Notes under the pieces: generated by a model
The model's database searches: none
What the model saw: only the letters and a program-made list of their open reading frames with translations
What the model was told of the DNA's origin: nothing
Program-made: the position numbers and the translations under genes
Shown: positions 37,491 through 50,320 of the stretch, in pieces
How positions within the stretch are numbered: position 1 is the stretch's first letter
How the letters are laid out: the number at the start of each line of letters is the position of its first letter
Source of the DNA: Eukaryota sp. GEM-RC1
Lineage: Eukaryota
Direction of reading: 5' to 3'
DNA length: 64,000 bases
Assembly (NCBI GenBank): GCA_040285855.1
Contig: JAUFOQ010000016.1
Location: 3,038,001-3,102,000, forward strand

Positions 37491-39150
37491 ATGTCTGTTC
37501 AACATTCCTTCTTCTCAACTTTGTCAATCACTCAGAAATCATCGCGAAAAGGGTTTACTTACAGATGCCACTGTTGATTTTGATGGTGAAACATTTGTCT
37601 GTCATTCTGTCATGATCTCGCTCTTCAACGATGTTCTGGTATCAAGTGTCAATAATTCCTCTTCATCAAATTACTTGTCTCTGCTTGAACAACTTCTTCC
37701 CTGATCCTGAGTTGTTCTTTTCTGTTCTCAACTCCTTCTATGGGGTTTCAATACCTTGTACTGATGATAACTTTCATCTACTTCGTACCATTGCCTTGAC
37801 TTTGAAATACCATAAGCTGGAAGCATTCCTTCAAGACAAGATAAAGTCAGGTTTCGTTTCATGTGAGTTTCAGTTAGACTCAAGTCTAATCGTTTCAGAG
37901 TTGGTTAAATCTGCAGTTAGAGATGTATTTTTAACTTATAATCAATCTACTGTTACTATTAATTCAACACTGTTAAGTTGTTTCTCAACACATTTTAATA
38001 ATTTATTCAATGGCCAGTTTCGAGATTCACTTACCAGAAATTTTCAATATTCATCTGAATTTCCAGGTGTTGAAGAAGATGTCTTTGTCACTTTCTTTAA
38101 TGCGGCACTCTGCCATTCAATTTCTTTTACTTCTTCAAATGTTATCAGCTTTTATCAATTATCTGTTTACTTCCAAGTTAAGAAGCTTGATGCAGCGTGT
38201 CTTAGTTTTCTTCGCCACTCTTCTTTTCCAACAAAGTTTTAAATCAGTTGCTCTCCACTGCAAATGAACGTGGGCTGGTGTTTTTCATTCAATCAAATTT
38301 GATTATTTGGAAGTCTGGAAAATTCATACCGCTTTCACCCATTCCTTTGGCCTATGAACTCTATGAATCGTTTGTTGGCTGTTTTGACCATAAATGGTTG
38401 GCTAAATGTTTGGTTTTAACCACGACTACAACTGAAATTGATCATTCTGAAGTCAAACATATTCTTTCATTAATCAAATTCCAGGAAGAGAATCTGTATG
38501 AATTGTTTGATATTTTACAACCGCTTTTTCAAAACAAATCCTATGAATTGTTGTTAATGAAGTATTCATATGAATTGTTCCAAGCCATCAAATCTGATGA
38601 CTGTTTACCACGACAGTGGTTTCTGTGGACCTTCAAAGCATTTGACAACAATCAACAACTGATAGAAGATTCATATTTGTTAGAATTGTTTCCTATAGTC
38701 TTTCACGAGGCAAGCTTTTGTCCAAGTAATTTCTCGTATGTTTCTCCCATAGCTTTTGAACTCCTTGCTAACAAATTGCCTCAGAGTTTCAGCATTTGGC
38801 TTTTGCAGACTTTATTTGAGAGCTACAAAGCTTCCGACAGAGTTCATAGTTGGTCGTTAATCGAATTACAAAAATGTATTAAAGCCATTGATCTTCCGCA
38901 AAATGATCCTGTCGACTTTTTTGATTTTCTGCAGAAATTTAAACTTTATCCAGATATGGAGCAATTTATAGATAATCTTTATTTTCAAAATCTTCCAATG
39001 ATTTCCAATTTTCAACAATCCAAGATATCGATTCTGGAACATGAAGTGGCCTCTCTGAAACAGCTTTGTGCAACACTGGTGGATTCCATGCAGCGTTTAG
39101 AATCCAATGGTTCTAATATTTCATCAAATTCACCAAACTGTGAAAAATAA
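37491..39150 (+). CDS. Tandem BTB/POZ-domain protein (frameshifted)
   Basis: LLTDATVDFDGETFVCHSVMI, then a second domain RDVFLTY..LLSCFSTHFNNLF..YQLSVYFQVKKLDAAC, and a C-terminal coiled coil. Confidence 0.8.
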
Positions 39151-40181
39151 GTCACTGAATTAAACATCAGTCTTATTCTTGTTACCATTTAATTGACTAA
39201 AGTGGTTGAATAGATCTTTTCGAAACTGGAGGTCTAGGCTTTGGATAACAGAGTGCTCGTATCATTTCAGGAATTGCTTTCATTTTTGGGCCAAGGTATT
39301 TCAGTCAACAAAAATTAAATTTTGTTCAAGTTTGTTGAGTAGAAGAATACAAAAACCACTCAAGGGAATTCATCGTATCGCAAATTTCTATTGGTCGTGT
39401 TTCATGTCGTGTACATCAACGTTGATGTACACGTGTGACGTTCCTCAGTGTCATGTTACTAAAAAACAATTGTAGTATAGCAATTATTGTTGTTTTTCTT
39501 CAAAACTCAGTCTTCTGACAGTCCTTGAATTGTGCAGTTATGATGGAAATCAAGTCAGAGGAGTCTCTCATTGTTCATCAAAAACCCAGTAAGCAAAGTT
39601 TTTAGTCTAGCTTAGATGATAAAATGATTGTATGTTATTACAACACAGATTTACTTTATCCATAGTATGACTATGAAAATGACCCATATTTCTATTTCCT
39701 ACATAGACCACCACAAAAGAACTGATGTTACTGTTTTAAGAGTATATTATATCAAACGAGGCAGATGAAACAGGAACTTAAACGGCAGGTTATGATGGAG
39801 AGCTTTCACAGTTATAAGATTTTGATTTTTCAAAAGTGGAAGTGTAACGCAACGAAGAGGATTTTGTACGGTTCGAATACTGGTATGTTGAGTTTTATTG
39901 AAAGTCTACTAATTAATACAGAACATTTTTCGAATACTAGGGGAACATTTACAAACGATAAACTAAACGGATAACTACAAATGAAGATGATAACGATTGT
40001 AGTCACAAACAGGTCTAGTTTAAATGTTATCAATATATTGAAGCAATGGAGAAAGGAAAGCTCCTTCAGAAGGTGAACATTTTAATCAACATTTAGAGTC
40101 GATTCCATATGTCTAGATGTAAACGCTATCAATATGTACAACAAAACAATTTAGAAACAAGAAATTTATTAAATCACAATT

Positions 40182-41429
40182 TCAGGTATCGGTGAATACA
40201 ACAAATTTGGCTTTTTTAAAGAAGTTGAATTCAGTGGCTGTGGCCCAAGTATAAGCACCCATGTTATGACCAATGACTAAATCACCATAGTTAAGCTCAG
40301 GGCATAGGAAATCATCGTCAATGACGTCAATTGAATCACAGGTAGGACCTGAAAGCACGCTATGCTCACAATCACCAGGTTCACTAATGACAGTTTTAGG
40401 GTAAAAGGTATGATCAAAGAGTTGTCCAGAGTAAGATCCATAAAGACCATCATCTAGGTAGTACCACCATTTACCATCTCTTCTTGCTTTTCCCATGACA
40501 GAGCTAATAGCCATTACCGAAGGACCAGCAATGAAACGTCCGGGTTCAGCATATACAGTGACAGTCGAAGGCAAGGTTTGCAGGGCTTCATTGATTGGCT
40601 TGCAGAACACATCAATCTCAGGAACAACAGTCTCATAGTTGATAGGGAATCCACCACCAATATCCAACACACTGAGGTTGTATCCCATTGCATTAGCCTT
40701 GACAATGATTTCCCGGCACTTCGTAATAGCATTTACATAGAGGTTGGGGTTAGTGGTTTGAGAGCCAACGTGAAAGCAGATTCCCTTGACAGTAACACCG
40801 AGGTCTTTACTAAAGGAGAGTAAGTTGAAGATGTCGTCAGGGGAACATCCAAACTTCTTACTAAGATCAGCCTTGGCAGCAGGATTACGGAAGCTAATTC
40901 TGAGAAGGATCTGGGCATCATCTCTGTACTTGACAAACTTCTTAATCTCATCAACATTGTCAGCAACAAAAGTTGTGACGTTGTGGCTAAGAGCTTCAGA
41001 GATATCACAATCTCTTTTGATTGGATGGGTATGGATGCAATCAAGAGGGTTGACTCCTGTTGAAACAGCAAGCGCAATTTCTCCAGTGGTAGCAACGTCA
41101 AAGAAGGCACCTTCATCTAGCAGGGAGCGAATGACGTCAGCATTTGGGAGAGGCTTCATGGCGTAGTAGAGACGGACTGAGGGCAGGGCATTTTTGAGCT
41201 TGCGGTACTGTTCACGGATGATGTTGCAATTGAGCACAAGAAGGGGCGAACCGTGCTGGAGAACAAGATCCTTGATGAACTGGACCTCTTCGGTAGAGGG
41301 TTCGTGGACAACACAAGGCATGACGGCATCTTCAACGGGGATTTCGGTGACATTGTCCTGAACTAATTGTTTCAGAGCAGGGATATCAACAGCAAGCTCA
41401 TTGGTTACGGGAATTTCTTGGATAAGCAT
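40182..41429 (-). CDS. Lysine/ornithine decarboxylase, copy 2 (intact)
   Basis: Same motifs as copy 1. I counted six amino-acid differences between the copies. Confidence 0.95.
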   Translation of the reverse strand: MLIQEIPVTNELAVDIPALKQLVQDNVTEIPVEDAVMPCVVHEPSTEEVQFIKDLVLQHGSPLLVLNCNIIREQYRKLKNALPSVRLYYAMKPLPNADVIRSLLDEGAFFDVATTGEIALAVSTGVNPLDCIHTHPIKRDCDISEALSHNVTTFVADNVDEIKKFVKYRDDAQILLRISFRNPAAKADLSKKFGCSPDDIFNLLSFSKDLGVTVKGICFHVGSQTTNPNLYVNAITKCREIIVKANAMGYNLSVLDIGGGFPINYETVVPEIDVFCKPINEALQTLPSTVTVYAEPGRFIAGPSVMAISSVMGKARRDGKWWYYLDDGLYGSYSGQLFDHTFYPKTVISEPGDCEHSVLSGPTCDSIDVIDDDFLCPELNYGDLVIGHNMGAYTWATATEFNFFKKAKFVVFTDT

Positions 41430-41879
41430 AGTACGAATGGTCCTCGGAGCAAGAAGCAAAGAAAAGGATACTGAGGAAAACCAAGAACCCTTTTATAGCA
41501 CTTCCGGAAAGAAAAAGCGGCACGTTCAAAACTCAGTGGAACATGCAAGGAGACCACCAAGAGCACTCTCTGACAGGTTTGGGTGATGTATATCATGAAG
41601 GGTGTAGTTGGAACTGTGGATGATCCTGGTTAAGCTGGATAGTAAACTGAGGGTAACTGAAGGAGGATTGGAAGTCAGACGATATGGTATGTGATGGATA
41701 TTGAGGAACGGCAGAGAACATCGATGGGAGTGTCAAAAGTTTAAGTAGAGAGTCTGGAACACATTGGTTAGAAAGTAAATGTCAAAACCAGCAGAAAGAA
41801 ACGGAGAGAGGAAAAGGTAATTGGTGTGATGCACCTAGACTCAATTCTTTCATGACGTCATTCTTGCCAACAACAAAAC

Positions 41880-42035
41880 TGCTGGTCTGTTCGAGCCCGA
41901 CTTTATGGCCAGTAGTTCTCCTTCAAAAATACACCTGTGTATGTGGTTCTTCTTCAGCTTCTTTCAATCATGTGGTCCACTGTCATCAGTATATTCATTC
42001 AAGATCAATCATTCCCAACACTTTGCGTGATCGAC
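41880..42035 (+). mobile_element. Decayed RLE retrotransposon fragment
   Basis: TCVCGSSSASFNHVVHCHQYIHSRSIIPNTLRD matches the CCHC region of family C. Confidence 0.65.
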
Positions 42036-42344
42036 GTTTAGAATTGTCAGAGAGTAATACTTTTTTTGTAGTTGTTTTTACGATGACGTAGAAGGAAAGT
42101 CACATATCAGTCAATTAAGGTGCCATCAATTTTCAGAGAAATCTGTCAGCGATTTTGGCAACAATGACCACTAATTAATTCAAAACGCCTTTTGTTTAAT
42201 ATTACAAATAAAGATTATCATCAATATTAACAAATGAGATACAACTACTTCTACATCATATGAAATTCATGTCTCAATCTAGCAAAGAGACGGTTCAAAA
42301 TCGAATCAAAATACCTAAACAATGCTTTGAAAAGGACCTTACTC

Positions 42345-43090
42345 CAGCAACGACAAAAAATATATATTTATTGTATTGTTTATTGTTTGATCGAACAATA
42401 AATATATTGTCCAATCAAATATTGTATTGTATTGTAGGTACATTGTGAGAAAAAACAATAAATAACAATACAATATTTCTGCTTTATTGAAAGCTATCAT
42501 CAATCTGAATAATTGCTTTTTACACGTACAACTTCACTTTCTGCTTCCCAAGTCCTAACAAAGGACACTGCATGCTGATTTCTGATAGTAGTAAATGCCA
42601 AAATTGACTTTGTGACATTAAATTCGGTTCGGACGATATCAGTGACAGTGTTCTATGTTCTACTGAAAAAGTTGCCAATGTCTTAACTGGATGAGGGTGT
42701 GAATAATAGATCATTTGGGCTGTCTGGTTCTAAAGAGTCTGAGCTCTGTTAATTTCCTTTAAATGTTGCTCAGAAGACATACCATCACAATTTTGGGTGA
42801 TATAAATTTATACAAGGTGTTTGTTTATCAGAGAGGATTCCTAATGAACAACTGGGGGTTGCGCATCTTCCAATAGTTTGGTTGTAATGTGAAGAACAGT
42901 GACGTTGCCAGATATGTGATTCTTGTTATAGTTGCACAAAATGACAAATATTGTATTGTGTAATTGTACAATATATTGTTTACTGTGGACTCGAACAATA
43001 AATATATTGTTGCAAAAACACAATACAATAAAATAACAATATTACAATATATTGTATTGTAACAATACAATATATTGTTTGTCGTTGCTG
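42345..43090. mobile_element. hAT-like MITE (TATTG/CAATA repeats)
   Basis: TIR CAGCAACGACAAA / TTTGTCGTTGCTG. Left flank CCTTACTC. The right flank is a palindrome containing GCTTACTC. Confidence 0.8.
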
Positions 43091-43149
43091 GAGAGTAAGG
43101 CTTACTCTCCAATAACTTTCGTTAAAATTCTTTCCATATTGCTAATTGA

Positions 43150-45244
43150 ATGACTTACACTAAGTCGTCAACAGAGATTCTCTCATCTATTAGAACTCTT
43201 GAGTTACTTTCAGACCAGACCATCATTTTTCATGATGATCGTCTCAATGTTCATCGAGTTGTTTTGGCATCATCCTCTACTTATTTCCGTGACTTATGGA
43301 CAGTAGGATGGAAGGATCAAGAAGACACTACTTTGTGTTTCAACCACCTACCAGTTTCTTCTTATGCTTTTATATCATTCTTCAACTTTTTCTATGGTCT
43401 GCCTATTGCTCTTGACAAGGACAATTTTTATGATATGTTCTATCTATCTCGATATTTCAAAGTTGTGGATCTTCAATCTTTATGTGGAACACTTCTGACA
43501 CAAAAACAGTCCTCAGAACCAGACTTCCTGTCTCCATCAGTTAAGTCAGCAACTGAACACTCAGACTGTCATTTTCTATCACTTCTAGATTTTTCTAAGG
43601 TACTTCTTCAATCAAATAACGATCCTGTCGTAGCAACATCTACAGTTTTCCAATACTTTCTTAACAACCTTGTTACACCAAAGCTTCTTGAATGGTATTT
43701 ACAGAGTGTTCAACTGTCATGTCTGGATCAGAACTGGACATCGGAAGAGTTGCACCACTGTCTTGGTTTCCCTGCTGATTTGCTTGAGTCTGTTAGTGTT
43801 TATCAGTTGCTGATCCATCCATTGGGCCATGTTCTTGACTATTACAAACCCTTGGTTGATTTGTCAGTGGTTTGTTTACGTTTTTCAAGAGTTCTATTTC
43901 TCAAGAGTGGTGTCGATGGGTATTGAGTGTCTGTGACCGGAATCCTAGTTTGTATGACGTTATTACTGAAGTTTTCGATCAATTGTGTGAACCCCTTACA
44001 GAAATTCCATTAATTCATTTAAATCAGTTCTGTCGTTTAATTCCCAATGATCAGAAATCCAAAACTATTCAGTTGCTTCTACGGTGTCTAGTGAAGTCAT
44101 GGATGGAAGTACGAGATGAAGCCTTAGTTGAAACCTTTATTCATTCATTCAACAAACTTGACTTGACTTTAGTTCCAGCCAATTGGATTTATTTAAATAT
44201 CTATTCGAAATTGCAAACAGACACACTATTACAGCCTTTTTTGAACAAATTTTGTATCGAACATATTACACCTCGATTGTCTCAGAATCATTTTGCAATT
44301 TGTGCAGAAAGTGCAAAAGAACTTTCAGGACACAGTAATTGTTCTTATATCACTGAAATCGAACACCTCAGCGTTATCACTGAACGTCATTTGGAGCTAT
44401 TTCTTCGAGTTGGTCATAGAGGAGTTGATCCACACCCTGAACTTGTAGCTTTGTTCTCTGCTCTTCATGATGATAATCACCCAGCTTTAACTGGAAGCAA
44501 TGTTGTATGCTCTATATGATAAGTTTCCTCGAAGTCTTCTTAAATCCACGGCTCGATTAAGATTGTTTAAAGGTCGACCACTACGTCATCAGGTGATCGA
44601 AACAATTGCCCGAGAGTTACAATCACTACTCCTTGTTGACGTGAGGATGAGATATCTTGATACTGATATATCAGTATTTTTGGAAAATAGTTGTTTGGAG
44701 AAGTTTACAACGACAATTGAAGTCAATTATTGAATGTTCGTTGCTTTATTCCAAATTTGTCATTCCCGGATTAAATTTTAATTACGAGCAATTATGGAAT
44801 TTCCTAGCACCCAAAATTTCCACAGCAACAACAACGCAATCACATTACCTAATACGGTATTTCGGACCAATCAAAGAGTTACCCAACTTTGATCTTGGCC
44901 AGCGTTGCCAGAAGTTGGAGGTAATCTTTTTCACAAAGGGAAACAGTGAGCTAATAGTTCTTTCTAGTAGCAGTGGTTCTTATACTTCTTACACTGCCAC
45001 GTCATCACCTACCCTACAGCCTTATACCCGTCTGGAACACTATCAGAATGTTTCTTCTATTCAGCTCAAACTACTGATATCTCATGAACCCAATTGTGTT
45101 GATATTGGCTTGGTAACATTACTATATAAATCTGCACGAGCGCGAGTTGACCGTCCAACCCAGACGTTGTTTGATGAAAGCGATGCTCCACTAGTTGGAA
45201 CAATTCCTTCTGTGCATCATGTTTTACTGTTAACTCTTGAATAA
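43150..45244 (+). CDS. BTB/POZ-domain protein (fragmented)
   Basis: LSDQTIIF..VHRVVLASSSTYFRDLW..YFKVVDLQSLC. Following ORFs link by frameshifts. Confidence 0.75.
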
Positions 45245-46480
45245 CTTTAATATTGATGATTGTGTAGCGTTCTACAGTGGGAGCCATCCCTAGGGATGTT
45301 TTAAGAGTGATAGGTGAGTCACATTGAACTTGAAGGAAAGAATTATAGGGTGGAGAATCAGCTGGTGAAGACTCTGTGTGTATTAGGGCTCCCAATTCAA
45401 CCGGGTGGGGTGACCCCACCCTCAATCTTTGAGAATCACCCGGGGTGACCCCGAACCTATTACTGGGTGAAGTCACCCGCTTCACCCAGCTCACCCATGA
45501 AAAGTAGAAACTTTTGCATGTAATCAATTACTTGAAATAAGAAATACTTTATCTATTCAAACAACTAACACAAGTCCTCATAGATGAAGAGTCTATTCAC
45601 AAAAAGAATGAACAAGGTTTTTTTTGTTTTTCTTAAATTTATAACATAAAATTTTATGTTTTAAAAAAAAACAAGGAATTGATTTTTAGATTTGGTTGAA
45701 TCGTATTGTCTTTACAATACTTAAAATAATCCGTAGTTTGTTTTCAAAAGCTCTATTAGCTCTCAGTATTTTTTATGAAGCAAAAGCTGATGTGAGTTTT
45801 AATGGCAATGAATTTTGCTGTAATTATATTGAGTTCTAGTTTTTGTATTTATCTTATTGTTTTCGGTCCATAAATAATTCACAACAAAACTGTTGTATAA
45901 AAGTCATTTCTTGATCTTGATTTTATACAATGATGAAAATGAAGAATATAATTGGATAAAAAAATATAATTATGTAAATATAGCCAAAAATACAACATGA
46001 AGCACACATGTATGAAAACATGTTTCAACAAAAGGGAGATCACCCGGGTCAACCCACCCCAAGGCTAAATCGACCCCGGATCACCCCAGACCTCTTTTAT
46101 GGGTGACATCACCCGGGGTGGGGTGAACACGACCCGGTGAATATTTTGTCACCCGGGTGGGGTGAATTGGGAGCCCTAGTGTGTATACACAAACGGAACC
46201 CCCAAAACTTACTAGCTCAGTTTCACGAACAATCAGTCAACATTAGAAGGTAGCGGCGGACCGCTTTTTCTGTTAACTCGTTAACTGACATTTCCTTTCC
46301 TGATTCTGTTTCTGAAATCGGACCAGCAGCCTTCGCGTCTAATGGTATCGGAACCATCAACTTTGGACCTTCTCTCAAACTGGTTCGTTCGTGAAAATGC
46401 TTTTGATTTAAATTGGTCATTGGAAACATTAGAGCTTTCAAACAGTTTGAACAATATGCCTTTTATTGGACCGGTCTAAA
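45200..46480 (+). pseudogene. Decayed BspA-type (LRR_5) repeats, interrupted by a MITE
   Basis: 46260-46460 reads TAFSVNSLTDISFPDSVSEIGPAAFASNGIGTINFGPSLKLVR(E)NAF. RVIGES occurs before the MITE. Confidence 0.6.
45384..46178. mobile_element. hAT MITE (CACCC/GGGTG repeats)
   Basis: TIR TAGGGCTCCCAATTCA / TGAATTGGGAGCCCTA. TSD GTGTGTAT at 45376-45383 and 46179-46186. Confidence 0.95.
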
Positions 46481-47789
46481 CACAATTATGATTTTTTCAG
46501 GAGTTTCAGTGAACGAAACTGCATTTCATGGTTCTTTTTCTGACTTCTACGAATTTCATGGAGCTGGCAGTTGCTCCAGGAGCCATGCTTGATTGGAACT
46601 TCCTTCCTAACTGATCTGGAGTTTTTTGTATTGCTATTTCCATCGCACTGATTCAACATCCATGATTTTAGTGTTAATGATGCCAGCTTGCATACTGAAA
46701 ATGTCTTTATGACGTTGCTGCTGACGCGGAGCCAGTCAAGAACATTGACAAGTATCGGTGAGTTGTAGACAACAGCTATAAAATTTAAAAATCTGGATTA
46801 TGATCAATCAGTGAAATCAATGATTTTGCAAAAAAAAATAACTAACAGACACTAACTAAAGTATCTAAAGTATGATCCTTCTGTCCATCACCAAACAACT
46901 TACCTAACATTGAATTAAAATATCTGTGAATTAAACGAAACAACGCGATCCATAACCGAAAACTTTACAATGATAATTATTATGAAATATTTTCAAATAC
47001 TATTTTAGAATAAGGGCAAAAATACTGTTTTCTTAACTTTATCTCAGTCTTCAACATCATGTGAACCTCCGTCACGGTTTTTCTCCAGAAGACACTGTGT
47101 TTGTGCGATGACTCGTAGTGACTTTCCTGGTTATCTATATCAGGAAATAATAACTTGATTATAATGGTATACTGTAATTGTGTTGTTTAATGCAAGGTTG
47201 TCTAAAAATTTAACCGTAAAATAGTTCTGCGATGGTACTAAATCAGAAAATAATTTCCGTATCCAATCCAAGCCGTAAATTCATTTACATTATTTATCAT
47301 AAGGCCATAAATGACGTCCTAAAGGCTCATATCCCTAACTGCCCGTGACGTAATGACAGTGTGTATTGTCGTCATGACAAATTGACACTTTGTGTCATGA
47401 AAAACATAACATTGTTAAATCGTTCAACAGTGCAGTTTTTGATATAAAATCAACAGTAAAACATGCTAATCAACACAGAGAAGTAGATGTCCAATTGAGT
47501 TTGCATAAGACTGTATTCAGTTGTATCTGTATTTTGTTTCGCCCACATCATATTTTACATTATGGCTGTAAATGATGTAATGAATGCCTTGACACCATTA
47601 CGTCATGATAGTTGGTGTCTTGGACAACTATGGTTATATCTAACTTTGATTGGTTTGTGAAAGTGTATATAATAAAGCATTTTTTGTCTAACGTGTCCTT
47701 ATAACTTGTTTTGTACCTTTTGACTTAAAAAAATGATTTTCTCGCTTTTTATAACTTTCTTGTTTACAACAACACTAATGTACATAAAT

Positions 47790-47924
47790 TAGCGGCTTTA
47801 TTAGCAGTGAGTGCCTTTTATGAGGACAAAGCTGTTGTAAGGTTTGATAGCGACGGGTGTTGTTTTAATGACATCAATTGTTAGTTGTTTGATCTATTAC
47901 ATTTATAATAAAGACTAGTATACA
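47790..47924 (+). mobile_element. 135-bp severely 5'-truncated RLE family B insertion
   Basis: Matches the family B 3' end. 13-bp TSD AATGTACATAAAT at 47777-47789 and 47925-47937. Confidence 0.85.
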
Positions 47925-49122
47925 AATGTACATAAATCTTATAAATTTAGTGCCACTAAATCAAGGGAAGACTGTAGTATAATTTAAATAGCCTCCTTTG
48001 CTCAAACAATACAGCGGAATATCCCACAATCATTTCTATACAGTCTCCGGAGCTGGACAAGATTTTGATGCAACAACATTAGTAAAATTGGTAATTGGTG
48101 GTTGTTCATTGCAGATGAATGCCTCCTCAGAATGCTTAGCTTTCAACTTATAGGTAAGATTGGAATAACGCCTACCTTTGTAAAATCTACAGACAATACA
48201 CAGGGTCACATATCTTGGATGTTTAGAAAATAGATCCCTCACGTGTAAAATTTACTGAAGAAATGGTATCAGAGCTATCGTGTTGGGTGAAGAAGTGAGC
48301 TACGATAGCGTGGTATTTGGATACTGTCGTCATGAAGAAGGACTATACAAGTTCGCAATTGCTGCGTGTTCTGATGGACTGAACAATTCTCTGTAAAACC
48401 AATTAAATAACACATTTTCATTTTCTTTACATTTTTGAATATTCGCGAATGACTGATGTGTATTAAATTTATGGAACCAAAATTGAAAATTAATTTACAA
48501 TGAAATTAAATTTTTGACATTCCTAATTCAATATTGGGTGTTCCAAAAGGGATAGACTACATGATACACCGCACGACATTCTTGTTAATGTCGGGTCTCA
48601 AGCTGATTTCTCTTGTAACATTCTTTTCTGTTCCATATCAAAAACATTTTAATTTGATAACTAAAGAAATGCTATCCCCTCTTACGATGACGTCCCCTCT
48701 TACGCTTAAAAGAGGGGATAGACTCTGGTTCCTATAATCACTCCTTTTGTTCTTCCTTGTAATGCTTTGCATTTTGAAGAAACATGAGCTCTTCGTCTCC
48801 TTCATCACTTTGTTTCATCATTTCGATAATCGGTCTCTGCTTCTTATGGGATACTAGTTCACCATCCACCTGTAGGGGATGAAGCCATAACAGCTTTTTC
48901 TTCTATCAACTCATATACATGTATGTTCTGAACACAATATTTGTCCTCATCAATACTCCCAATATTATTCTGTCTTCTATCTGTAAGTCAAATGGAATGG
49001 ACGATTGTTTTTCTTACTTTTTGTGTGATGTAAACCAATATAGTCAGTCTATGCTGAGCATAAATGGACTTAACATACACAAATTTATCCTTGTACTTTC
49101 GGGGGCGTTCTATAAATAATTC

Positions 49123-49290
49123 TAGAGATGGGCAATCGACTCAACTAGTCGACTAGACTCGGACTCGTCTAACTAGTTCAGTCGACTCCACTTTTAGTAG
49201 TCGAGTCGAGTCTCATGGTCAGTGAACTCGAGTGTGGAGTCAAGTGCAACTCGACTCGGCTGAGTTCAGTCGAGTCGTTGCCCATCTCCA
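49123..49290. mobile_element. 168-bp hAT MITE (AGTCG/CGACT repeats)
   Basis: TIR TAGAGATGGGCAA / TTGCCCATCTCCA. TSD AATAATTC at 49115-49122 and 49291-49298. Confidence 0.93.
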
Positions 49291-49292
49291 AA

Positions 49293-50320
49293 TAATTCGC
49301 AGAAGTCATCAGGACATGTCCAATATGTAGCAGTATCAGGATGACATATTATCTAGCACAACATTACATTGAGGATGGTACATAGCGTGGTATCATCGAT
49401 TGATTCAGCATTGTTGACAACAACAATTGGCTTGGCAAGAAATGGATCATTTAGGTAAACATCATGGTCACTGCAATAATCAAGAATGGAAGTGACCATT
49501 TGATGATCTAATTATGGAAGAAGAGCCATCAAAACAGCAACAGTCTCATTAGGGACCTCAGTAGATGCGGTTAAATTAGGGAAAATGGGGAGGGCAAAAG
49601 ACATGGAAACTTCATGCAAACATAGCAATTTGGCACGATAAGCCGTCATATAACAATCATAGTCATATTGGAATGATACTTCGAAGGTAGAAAGAACAAC
49701 CATCACGGCTGCATGAGCGAACAATCCATTGACTAGTAGTTTTCGTTTTCTTCAGAGGGGCACCAACTTCTAGACAGTAGCTACGTATTCTTTCTAACAA
49801 TTCTTCTCGATTGTTGAACATGAGATTGGCTGTTAGGTTAAACAGTTTTAGTTTAGGATCAATGTTTCAGGTAAGGAACTCATCAGTAGGTATTAGTTGT
49901 GAGAGTGACCCTATACAGTAAGACGATTTTATAGTGACCCTATTTTGTAAACTAAGGACTGAAATCTGACCCGATTCTGTAATTTTCTCAAATTTTTTCA
50001 TTTAATTCGCTGAAGCCATCAATACATGTCCAAAATTTAGCAGTACCAGGATGACATATTATCTAGAACAGCATTACATTGAGGATGGTATATAGCGGAA
50101 ATCTCAGAAGCAGTAGTATCATCGATTGATTCAAGCATTGTTGACAACAACAATTGGCTTGGCAAGAAATGGATCATTTAGGTAAACATAATCAAGGTCA
50201 CTGCAATAATCAAGAATGGAAGTGACCATCTGATGATCTAATTATGGAAGAACCGCATCTACTGATGAGACTGTTGCTGTTTTGATGGCTCTTATATTAG
50301 GAAAATGGGCAAAAAGACAT
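49293..50320. repeat. ~310-bp direct duplication (49293-49605, 50003-50320) with an internal micro-inversion
   Basis: Shared CAGGATGACATATTATCTAG...CTAATTATGGAAG. 49521-49572 is the reverse complement of 50251-50293, with a small deletion. Confidence 0.85.
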
